From an uncultured Lachnospiraceae bacterium (lineage in GTDB: Bacteria > Bacillota > Clostridia > TANB77 > CAG-508): a stretch of DNA of 64,000 nucleotides. The position numbers were made by a program, and so were the translations under genes. Below are positions 43,010-51,742 of the stretch, in pieces; the stretch's first letter is position 1, and the number at the start of each line of letters is the position of its first letter. The stretch lies in contig CAZAZX010000001.1 in NCBI GenBank assembly GCA_964489885.1, positions 98,790 through 162,789 of the forward strand. The letters run 5' to 3'. The notes under the pieces were generated by a model. That model searched no databases and was not told the origin of the DNA. It saw only the letters and a program-made list of their open reading frames with translations.

Positions 43010-44372
43010 AAAAAACCTCTTTTCTTAATATCTCATTTTGCTCGTCTGTTAAATTATTTTCATTATTATATCTTTTTGTTATATCATCAGAAGTATCTAC
43101 TAAATCAAAATGTTTTTTATAATATTTTAATAAATATGGTAAAGGTTTATCTTTCATATTTTCTATAGTTTTTGTAATTGCAAAATTTACTTCTTCAAAA
43201 GTACCAACGCAATCAAATGGTTTAGCATCTCCATTTCCAGTTAAATCAATAAAAATTTTTAACATATTTTTATTTTCAAACATATCTTCTCCAAAAATTT
43301 TAATCAACTTATCTTTATATAAATACGGACTCAAAATTGTAAATGCAAACATACATTTTGCACAATTGCAACACCATTTCCACTCTTTTTCTTTACTTCC
43401 CAAATTGCAACTCTTAAAAACAGAATGATATTTTTCTTGTCTTGAAAATACTTTAGCAATCTGTAATTCATTTAATGGTCTCAAAAAGCTAAAATATTCA
43501 ATAGGTACTTTTAAATATCTATTTGCATAATTTCTAAAATCACTTTCAAATTCAAAGCTTTTTGAATACTGATGATTAATTTTCTCTCCTTCTATATTAG
43601 ACTCATTAGCACTATTTTCATTTGATAAAGCTATATATTTTTTTCCAGATAAATATGCTACAAAATATGAAACAAATGCAAGCATTGCAGAAAAAGGAGT
43701 ATGACCATTTATAAATCCATTTTTATTTAATTCAATTAAATTTGGATCAATTTTTCTATAAACTTCAAAAACATTATTTTCCATACCAGCAATTTGAGCA
43801 CATTTTAAAGTTACTGGTCTTGGATTAATAATTAAACAGTAATCGCTTTTTTTATTAATATCTAATGTTTCAAGTGTAACTACAGAATCCTTTCCACCGC
43901 CAATTGGAACAATATATCCAGAAAAATCATCATTTAATCTATCATAAACTAAATCATTAGATTTTTCAGTACATTGAATGTTCATAAATTCTTCTAATGA
44001 TGTTTCTATATTGTTTCTATAAAACATTTCACCCAATCCAAAAAAGTAAAGTTTTTTCCACCAATTTTTTTGTTCATCATTTAAGTAACCACATTTTATA
44101 ATAACATTAGGAGAACACGTACTTTTCCAATAACTAATAAGTTCAATTAAGCCAATGTGAAATGCTAAGTTCTTTATAATATTTGTTTCTATATTTTTAA
44201 CTCTAAAATCTTTCTTTATAATTTTAAGTTCTGGATTAAAAACTGTTAATCCCTTTATTTCAAAATTATATTTTAAATAAATAGAATTGTCATCTTCAAA
44301 TATTTCGTAGCTGTTATAATAAAAGTCTTTATATTTTTCTCTAAATTTATTAAACTCAATTGATTTATTCAT
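42999..44372 (-). CDS. murL: probable UDP-MurNAc-L-Ala-L-Glu epimerase (MurL-like)
   Basis: PIGGGKDS, NGHTPFS, LSNENSANE, INHQYSKS, SFLRPLNELQIA, FKSCN, WCCNCAKC, KPFDCVG; overlaps murD. Confidence 0.75.
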   Translation of the reverse strand: MNKSIEFNKFREKYKDFYYNSYEIFEDDNSIYLKYNFEIKGLTVFNPELKIIKKDFRVKNIETNIIKNLAFHIGLIELISYWKSTCSPNVIIKCGYLNDEQKNWWKKLYFFGLGEMFYRNNIETSLEEFMNIQCTEKSNDLVYDRLNDDFSGYIVPIGGGKDSVVTLETLDINKKSDYCLIINPRPVTLKCAQIAGMENNVFEVYRKIDPNLIELNKNGFINGHTPFSAMLAFVSYFVAYLSGKKYIALSNENSANESNIEGEKINHQYSKSFEFESDFRNYANRYLKVPIEYFSFLRPLNELQIAKVFSRQEKYHSVFKSCNLGSKEKEWKWCCNCAKCMFAFTILSPYLYKDKLIKIFGEDMFENKNMLKIFIDLTGNGDAKPFDCVGTFEEVNFAITKTIENMKDKPLPYLLKYYKKHFDLVDTSDDITKRYNNENNLTDEQNEILRKEVFCDD

Positions 44373-44522
44373 AAAAAAACCTCTCATATACTTTAATTAT
44401 ATTCTTATTTAGTAATTTCAATCACTTTAATTAAAACATTGCTTTGTTTTAATTTTTTTAATTATATCACACAAGTAAACAAAACATTCATTATTTGTTA
44501 ATAATTATAAATTTACAAATCA

Positions 44523-45604
44523 CTATAAAATAATAGTAAAGCAAGTTCCCTTTTCTTTTTGACTTTCTACTTTAATTTCTCCATTTGATAAATCCACAAT
44601 TCTTTTTACTATAGATAATCCAAGACCGCTTCCCTCTTGAGAATGAGATCTATCTGTTTGATAAAATCTTGTATAAATTTTTTTAACTTCATCTTCGCTC
44701 ATTCCAATTCCATGATCCTTTATCTTAACTGTTACTTTATTTTCAACCTTTTTTATTTCAATATCAATGATTCCATTTTCTTTTGAAAATTTAATAGCAT
44801 TGTCTATTAAATTCACCCAAATCTGATATGTTAACTCTTCATCACCAAAATAAAAAACATCATTTTCTATATCATTTAAGTTAAAACTTATATTCTTTTT
44901 TCTAGATTTTGGCTCTAATAATGCAATAATTCTTCTTATTTGCTCTGTAATATTAATATTTTTTTTTTTTCAATTTTATCTTGATTCTGTAATTTAGAAA
45001 GTCTTAGAACCTTGTTAGATAAATTTAATAATCTATCTACTTCTTCTGTAATTATTCCAACATATTCCTTTCTTTCTTCTTTTGTTATGTTATCATCATC
45101 TAACAATTTAGCAAATCCCTGTATAGAACTAATTGGTGTTTTTATTTCATGTGATACATTGTCTATAAAGTCTTTTTGCAAAATTTCGACTTCGCTTAAT
45201 TCTTTTACCATATCATTAAAATTTTTAGTTAACTCACCAATTTCATCATCTCTAATTGGATTTATATTTACATCAAAATTTCCTTCTGCCACTTTTTTAG
45301 TAGCATTTGATAAATTTTCAATAGGTTTAATAATTTTTCTACTTATAACACTGATAACTAATGCACTAATTAAAACAGTATTTAATATAAGTATTATTAC
45401 AAATCTTTGAAAAATATATGTCAAATCCCTCAAATTATCTCCAGTTGCTAAATTAAGTAAAATTAATCTATTAAGAGATTCTTTGTTTACAAATATTAGT
45501 AACCCAATTAATGAAATTACAAATACAATAGCAACAGACAATATTAAATTAAGTATTAGCACTCTCTTTATCGATTTTTTCTTTCCAAATATCTTTTCAA
45601 ACAT
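44523..45604 (-). CDS. sensor histidine kinase (HAMP-HisKA-HATPase), frameshifted in an A12 run at 44959-44970
   Basis: RDDEIGELTKNFN (HAMP), NVSHEIKTPISSIQG; after the run QIWVNLIDNAIKFS, DHGIGM, FYQTDRSH, GSGLGLSIVK. Confidence 0.85.
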
Positions 45605-45798
45605 ATTTAATCCCTCTTTTTTTCTGCAACATTTTATCATAATTATATAAAATAATAAATAACTTAGTATCAATAAAATTCTAAAGCAATTTTTTTAGAT
45701 AAATTTAATTTTTCTGCTACTAACATATTAAATTATGTTATAATAAGATAACTTAGCTATAATTAGAATATGACTAGAATAAAGATCGGAGAATACGT

Positions 45799-46587
45799 AT
45801 GAAAAAAAGAAAAAGTAAGAAAAATATAAATAAAATACTTATATTGGTAGTTAGCTTATTTTTAATAATTTATAGCTATCATATAAACAATTTTAATATT
45901 CCAAAGCAGTCAATAGCAAGTGCTAACAACATACAAAATGTAGTAAATATTGAAAATTCATTAAATTCAGAAAATATTTATATAGATTTATCTTCAATTC
46001 CTGAATACTCTTCATCTCCCTACATTGAAATAAATAACAACATTCCATATTTTACAGAAACAGATTTAACAACAGAAGTTTTTGAAAAATATAGTGATTG
46101 GGATTCTCTTGGAAGAAGTGGTGTTGCTTTTGCGAATATTTGTAAAGAAACAATGCCAAAAGAAGGAGAAAAACGCGGAGAAATAGGAATGATTAGGGAT
46201 TTATCTGGTTGGGTTCAAAAAAGATATGATAATGTTATAAAGGATAAATATTTATATAACCGCTGTCATTTAATTGGATGGGAATTGAGTTCAGAAAATG
46301 ATAATAAACTTAATTTAATTACTGGAACAAGATATTTAAATATCGAAGGAATGTTACCTTTTGAAAATCTTGTTGCAGATTATATCCGCTATCATCAAGA
46401 TAATCATGTTCTTTACAGAGTTACTCCTATATATGATGGAGATAACAAATTAGCAAGTGGTGTTGAAATGGAAGCCTACTCTGTTGAAGATAAGGGACAA
46501 GCCATTTGTTTTAATGTATATTGCTATAATGTCCAACCAGGAATTGAAATTGATTATGCAACTGGAAATAGCCATGAAGCAAAATAA
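45799..46587 (+). CDS. membrane-anchored DNA/RNA non-specific endonuclease (EndA/DNA-entry nuclease-like)
   Basis: N-terminal TM, DSLGRSG, YNRCHLIG, NLITGTRYLN, YRVTPIY, YNVQPGIEIDYATG. Confidence 0.88.
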   Translation: MKKRKSKKNINKILILVVSLFLIIYSYHINNFNIPKQSIASANNIQNVVNIENSLNSENIYIDLSSIPEYSSSPYIEINNNIPYFTETDLTTEVFEKYSDWDSLGRSGVAFANICKETMPKEGEKRGEIGMIRDLSGWVQKRYDNVIKDKYLYNRCHLIGWELSSENDNKLNLITGTRYLNIEGMLPFENLVADYIRYHQDNHVLYRVTPIYDGDNKLASGVEMEAYSVEDKGQAICFNVYCYNVQPGIEIDYATGNSHEAK

Positions 46588-46595
46588 ATTCTATG

Positions 46596-47271
46596 TTATT
46601 CCTCTACTATACTTCTATACCCAATTCCACGAACTGATTCAATTTTAAAATCATCTACTTCAGCCAATTTTTCCCTAATTCTTTTAATATGTACATCCAC
46701 TGTTCTAAAATCCGATTCACTTTCTAAGCCCCAAATTTCTTCAAAAAGCTCCTGTCTTGTAAAAATATAATTTGGTCTACTTAGTAACTTATATAGTAAA
46801 TAAAATTCTTTTTGAGCTAGTTTATACTCCTTGCCGATTTCTTTCCACACTTAACTGATTATAATCTAAAGTTAATTTTCCTACTTGCATTTTCTGTTCA
46901 AAAACTCTTTTTTCTCTTCTTAACAAAACTTTAACTCTTAAAAGCATTTCTTCAATATCAATTGGTTTTACCATATAATCGTCAGCCCCTAAAGAGAATC
47001 CCTTTCTTTTATCCTCTAGACTATCTTTTGCAGTGACAACTAAAATAGGAACATCATATTTAGCTTTTCTTAGGCTACTAATAAGTTCAAATCCATCCAT
47101 ATCTGGCATCATTAAATCACTAATAATTAAATCTATATAGTTCTCATCTAGTACATTTAAAGCTTCTTCTCCATTAATTGCTTCAAAAGTGTTATAATTA
47201 TTCTTTTTCAAATATGTTGTAATTAATTTTCTTAGGTTTTTATCATCTTCTGCAATCAATATATTAAACAT
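46596..47271 (-). CDS. OmpR-family response regulator; reconstructed across +1 site at CGG 46834-46836
   Basis: ILIAEDD, ISDLMMPDMDG, VTAK, GADDYMVKP, VERN-[C]-GKEYKLAQKEFYLL, RTVDVHIKRIREK, VRGIGY; 224 aa when joined. Confidence 0.92.
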
Positions 47272-47349
47272 AAAAAGCCTCCTAAACATTAGCAATATTA
47301 TACAACAAAAAACCGACAAAAATCAAATTTTTGTCGGTTTTGTATATTA

Positions 47350-48738
47350 TTACTGTTGTACTGTAACTTTTTCTTTTTCCTTTTTTTCTTCTTTGCTATG
47401 TGGATCATCTTCCCATAACTTATCTGCTGTTACCTTCCAATCTCTTGCTATATCATGACATTTAACACATAAGTCATGAACATCCTCAGGATGTGCTAAA
47501 TCTGTTGAATGAGCTCCACATCTATCAACCATTTCAGCTAATTTTCCTTCATTGTCTAGTAATGGACATGGTCTTAATAGATTACCATTAAATGGTTGAT
47601 TTTTTTGATATTCTCTAAATATTGGTTGTTTTAAAGTTTCTAATAAGCTCATATCTTTGACATTTGCATTTGAATAATGTATAAATACACATGGCTCAAC
47701 ATCACCATTTGCATTAATATGCATATAATGTTTACCTCCAGCAATACATCCACCAACGTATCTTCCATCATTCCAGAAATCTACTGTAAATAATGGCTTT
47801 GTTTTTCTATATTCTGCTAATTTATAGTACATATCTTCTCTTTGTTCAGGTGTTGTTAAAAGTTTGTTATCTGAGCCACAGCCAACTGGCATATAGTTGA
47901 AATACCATCCATATTTGCAACCTTTTTCAATCATTGTATCAAAATATTCTTCACTCATAATATATTCTGCATTTGCAGATGTAGCACAGGTTGAAAATCC
48001 AAATAGAATTCCATATTTCTTTAAGATATCCATAGCATTGATAACTTTTTGATAAGTACCTTTTCCTCTTCTCATATCTGTTGATTCTTCCGTTCCTTCA
48101 ACACTTATTGAAAATGATAAATTACCAACCTTTTGAACCTTTTGTGCAAATTCTTCATCAATTAATGTTGCATTTGTAAATGCAACAAATATACAATCAT
48201 TATGTTTCTCACATAATTTTAATATTTCGTCTTTTTTTACTAATGGCTCTCCACCAGTAAATAAGTACCAATAACATCCAATTTCTTTACCTTCTGTTAT
48301 AATTCTATCCATTAAATCAAAACCAAGGTTTAAGCTCTTTCCATAATCTGCTGCCCAGCATCCAGTACATCTTAAATTACATGCTGTTGTTGGGTCCATA
48401 ACAATTGCCCAAGGTGCTCCACAGTGCTCTTTTTCTTTAATTTCATGATTTCTTGATATTCCTTTAATTGCAGAATTTATAATAAAATTACATAAAAATT
48501 TCTCTAAAACACTTTGATCAATATCTTTTAACAAGTCTTTTAAATATTTGTTCCAGTTGTTATCCTTATCAGCAACAACTTTTTCCATAAACTTATATTG
48601 TGGTTCCCACATCTTATCCTTGTCAAATTTTTCAACATATTCTAGTAATTTTGGCAAATTCTTATCTGGATCTTCCTTAATCTTTTCAATGGCATGTTTA
48701 ATGCCAATTTCCATTGCCTTGTCTTTTATAGCTCCCAT
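47350..48738 (-). CDS. radical SAM protein with SPASM/Twitch-like C-terminal domain
   Basis: CNLRCTGC, FTGGEPL, GCIAGG...GDVEPCVF, NLLRPCP. Confidence 0.88.
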   Translation of the reverse strand: MGAIKDKAMEIGIKHAIEKIKEDPDKNLPKLLEYVEKFDKDKMWEPQYKFMEKVVADKDNNWNKYLKDLLKDIDQSVLEKFLCNFIINSAIKGISRNHEIKEKEHCGAPWAIVMDPTTACNLRCTGCWAADYGKSLNLGFDLMDRIITEGKEIGCYWYLFTGGEPLVKKDEILKLCEKHNDCIFVAFTNATLIDEEFAQKVQKVGNLSFSISVEGTEESTDMRRGKGTYQKVINAMDILKKYGILFGFSTCATSANAEYIMSEEYFDTMIEKGCKYGWYFNYMPVGCGSDNKLLTTPEQREDMYYKLAEYRKTKPLFTVDFWNDGRYVGGCIAGGKHYMHINANGDVEPCVFIHYSNANVKDMSLLETLKQPIFREYQKNQPFNGNLLRPCPLLDNEGKLAEMVDRCGAHSTDLAHPEDVHDLCVKCHDIARDWKVTADKLWEDDPHSKEEKKEKEKVTVQQ

Positions 48739-49021
48739 TTAAAACTCCTCCATTTTTATTATTTATATAATACAATCTAAATTGTTGTTTTGTATTATAT
48801 AAAAGAAATATGAACAAAAAATGAACTTTTTTTGACATTAATCGACAATATTAAAAATAATAGATATTTTATTGCGAAACAACCAAGTATCTCTTTATAT
48901 GTTATACTACAATTACATATATATGCATAGTAATTATTTCTTAAAATTACAAAAAAAAGAAGTTCTTGAAACAAACAAGTACTTCTTTTTTAATATGAAT
49001 TCATATTATTTAATATATAAA

Positions 49022-49300
49022 TTATCTTTTATTAACAGCATCTTTTAATGCTTTTCCAGCTTTGAATACAGGAGCTTTTGATGCAGGTATTTTAATTTCT
49101 TCTCTAGTTTGTGGGTTTCTTCCCTTTCTAGCTGCTCTTTTTCTTACTTCAAAAGATCCAAATCCAACTAATTGAACTTTGTCACCTTTTACTAATGCTT
49201 CTGTTATAGCATCTACAACTGCATTAACACTTGCTTCAGCATTCTTTTTTGTTTCATTTGTTTGAGCAGCTACTGCTGCTATTAATTCAGCTTTGTTCAT
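49022..49300 (-). CDS. hup: DNA-binding protein HU
   Basis: [11 protein letters not shown]...[11 protein letters not shown]...[27 protein letters not shown]. Confidence 0.98.
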   Translation of the reverse strand: MNKAELIAAVAAQTNETKKNAEASVNAVVDAITEALVKGDKVQLVGFGSFEVRKRAARKGRNPQTREEIKIPASKAPVFKAGKALKDAVNKR

Positions 49301-49460
49301 TATAAATTACCTCCTAAAATTTGTGTATGTAGATAGAAAGCATCTACATTAATTCATATTCGCCAATTTTAGATAAAATCCTTCTTTTTTCTTATTATTT
49401 TTTTAAAAAAATAGCGAAATTAAAACACTTTTTGAATTTTATCTATTTTTAAATAGAATT

Positions 49461-51119
49461 TTAATTAATTGCCTTATCCTTATAAAATCCCAATTTGCAT
49501 AGTGTTTTGTAGATTTTCTTGCCATAAGGTAGCATATATATTTCTTCCTTGTTAAATATTTTTAGAACTAAAAGTGCCAAAGTGTAAATTAACACAGCAA
49601 CTAAAAGTGCTATAGTTGTTGCTAACCTTTCTGCTATATAGACTTTTAACACAATATATATAGCATAAGAGCAAATTGACATCATAATTGTTGCAAGTAA
49701 TGGTTTTAAAATGAATTTTGTAAATCCTAAATTTAATTTTATATTTTTCTTTAAAACAGAAAATCCTATTGTAAAATGTATTATATGACAAACAACAGAT
49801 CCTATTGCTGCTCCACAAGCTCCAAGCCATGGTATAGGTACAAGTATTATATTTAATATGCATTTAACCGCAACTCCTATACCAAAAGCAGTTGCAGGTA
49901 CCATTACTTTTCCTATTCCCTGTAAAGCCCCATTCACAGTTTGCGCCAATACTGTGAATATAATTGTAAGAGAACTTATTTGTAAAATTAATTCACCTTG
50001 ATTTGCATTTGGAAATAATAAGTTCAAAATCGGTGCTGCAAATATAAACATTCCTATTGTACAAGGTAAACCTATTAACATAGTTACTAAAAGTGAAAAT
50101 GATACTCTTTTTTCAGCAGTTTCGCTATCTTTTTTTGCTCTTGCTGCAGATAAAGCAGGTACTAATGCTGTTGCAAAAGCAATATTAAATGACAAGGGTA
50201 ATGATGTTAATGTATCCACTTTTCCACTTAATATTCCGTATTGTGCTTTTGCTTCTGCTTCACTCATAAATGTCTTTAAACTTCTAACAACTGTAAATGA
50301 ATCTATATTCTTGTTAATAGCAGACATCATAGAGCTTAATGATATTGGTATTGAAACAGATAATATTCTTTTTACTATAGTTCCTACACTTTCCTGTTTC
50401 ACTTTTATTTGTGGGACTAAGTTTGCATTAATATCAGCCTTCCTAGTTTTATAAAACATATATAAATATGCAAAACTTAAAAATGTTGAAAATGTTGTTG
50501 CTAAATTTGCTGCAGCAGCCATAATTACAGTGTTTGAATTAGAAAATACTGCAATAACTGCAACAAATAAAATAGTTAAGGTTGTTTTAAATAATTGTTC
50601 TAATGTTTGTGAATTTGCAGTTGCCTTCATATTAGCTTTTCCATTAAAATACCCTCTTATTACAGAAGAAATTGAAACAAAAAATATTGATGGTGATAAT
50701 GCAACTAATGTTAATTCAGCTTCAGGTATTTGTAAAAACACATTTGATATATATCTTGCACCAAAGAACAGAATTAAAGTTCCACATAAACCAATTAAAG
50801 CAAATGTTGCAAATGCAATTTTAAATATTCTGTGTGCACCTTTATTATCTCCAATTGCAGTTCTTTCTGAAACGAGTTTTGAAATTGCATTTGGGACACC
50901 TATTGATGAAATAGTAAGTAATAGTGCATATATTTGATATCCACTATTGCAAATTGCATTTCCTGTATCTCCAAAACCTGGTTTATTAGTTAAATATAAT
51001 TTATAAACTAAACCAAGTATTTTAATTAGCACTTGTGAAAGCATTAAAGCTAAAACAGCCTGCATAAAACTTTCTCTTTTATGTGATGTTTCATTATTTT
51101 GCTTTTTGCTCAATAGCAT
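49461..51119 (-). CDS. MOP-superfamily flippase (SpoVB/YabM/MurJ-like)
   Basis: IKILGLVYK, GVPNAISKLVS, IRGYFNG, A.SQTLEQ, LQGIGK; about 14 TMs. Confidence 0.88.
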   Translation of the reverse strand: MLLSKKQNNETSHKRESFMQAVLALMLSQVLIKILGLVYKLYLTNKPGFGDTGNAICNSGYQIYALLLTISSIGVPNAISKLVSERTAIGDNKGAHRIFKIAFATFALIGLCGTLILFFGARYISNVFLQIPEAELTLVALSPSIFFVSISSVIRGYFNGKANMKATANSQTLEQLFKTTLTILFVAVIAVFSNSNTVIMAAAANLATTFSTFLSFAYLYMFYKTRKADINANLVPQIKVKQESVGTIVKRILSVSIPISLSSMMSAINKNIDSFTVVRSLKTFMSEAEAKAQYGILSGKVDTLTSLPLSFNIAFATALVPALSAARAKKDSETAEKRVSFSLLVTMLIGLPCTIGMFIFAAPILNLLFPNANQGELILQISSLTIIFTVLAQTVNGALQGIGKVMVPATAFGIGVAVKCILNIILVPIPWLGACGAAIGSVVCHIIHFTIGFSVLKKNIKLNLGFTKFILKPLLATIMMSICSYAIYIVLKVYIAERLATTIALLVAVLIYTLALLVLKIFNKEEIYMLPYGKKIYKTLCKLGFYKDKAIN

Positions 51120-51202
51120 TTCTTTATTCCTTTCTCAAATTATGATATAAGTATTATATTTTTTTTATATATATTATTCAAGTACTTTTTCAAAATAACT
51201 AT

Positions 51203-51227
51203 GGACAAGGGGACGGTTCTCTTGTCC
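51203..51227 (+). repeat. REP-like palindrome (family 2)
   Basis: GGACAAGGGGACGGTTCTCTTGTCC; near-identical inverted copy at 53300. Confidence 0.75.
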
Positions 51228-51323
51228 ACTTCGCCCTCAAATTGTCTTATTCAAAATTTTTTTCATCTCCTTCCTTAAGGTAAAAAAAGAAGCTATTTTC
51301 ATAAAAAATAACTCCTCTATTGT

Positions 51324-51352
51324 TTGACTTATATTCATTTTAGTTATATAAT
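51324..51352 (+). promoter_or_regulatory. sigma-A promoter driving a putative antisense RNA
   Basis: TTGACT-17 nt-TATAAT with no + strand ORF downstream. Confidence 0.7.
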
Positions 51353-51358
51353 AAGTGT

Positions 51359-51450
51359 AAAGAATGAAACCGCAGTAAGATTGTGTTTCACATTTTATAT
51401 GTAAGAACACGCATCGTCCTTTGGCTAGAAAGATGCGTGTTCTTTTATTT
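51359..51450 (+). ncRNA. putative type I antitoxin antisense RNA (~90 nt)
   Basis: Runs from the above promoter to the hairpin AAGAACACGCATC...GATGCGTGTTCTT-TTATTT; complementary to the 3' end of the toxin mRNA. Confidence 0.55.
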
Positions 51451-51564
51451 ATCTAACTTATGAACTTCTCTATCTACGCATAATGCGAAGATGATAGTCA
51501 AAAGTACAATATTTAAAATTAGCGATATAGTTAAAAATAACATAAATGTTAAAATCAATTCCAT
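51445..51564 (-). CDS. putative type I toxin, 39-aa hydrophobic peptide (not in the ORF track)
   Basis: GGGGAGGTGA RBS; MELILTFMLFLTISLILNIVLLTIIFALCVDREVHKLDK* (one TM plus charged tail); upstream TTGATT-17-TAGAAT promoter. Confidence 0.65.
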   Translation of the reverse strand: MELILTFMLFLTISLILNIVLLTIIFALCVDREVHKLDK

Positions 51565-51720
51565 CGACTATCACCTCCCCTCTCTCAGTATAACCTGAGG
51601 AAGATTGGTGAAACACACATCATCTACTTATCATTCTTTACAAGTAGTATTCTACTATAATTAACTCTGAAAATCAATCATTTTATTTAATTTTTGCAAA
51701 CTTTTGTTTTGTCTTATGTG

Positions 51721-51742
51721 CAAATAGGAACGGAGGATTTTT
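51721..51742 (+). repeat. single REP-like copy (family 3)
   Basis: CAAATAGGAACGGAGGATTTTT matches the 33710 arm with one mismatch. Confidence 0.65.
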
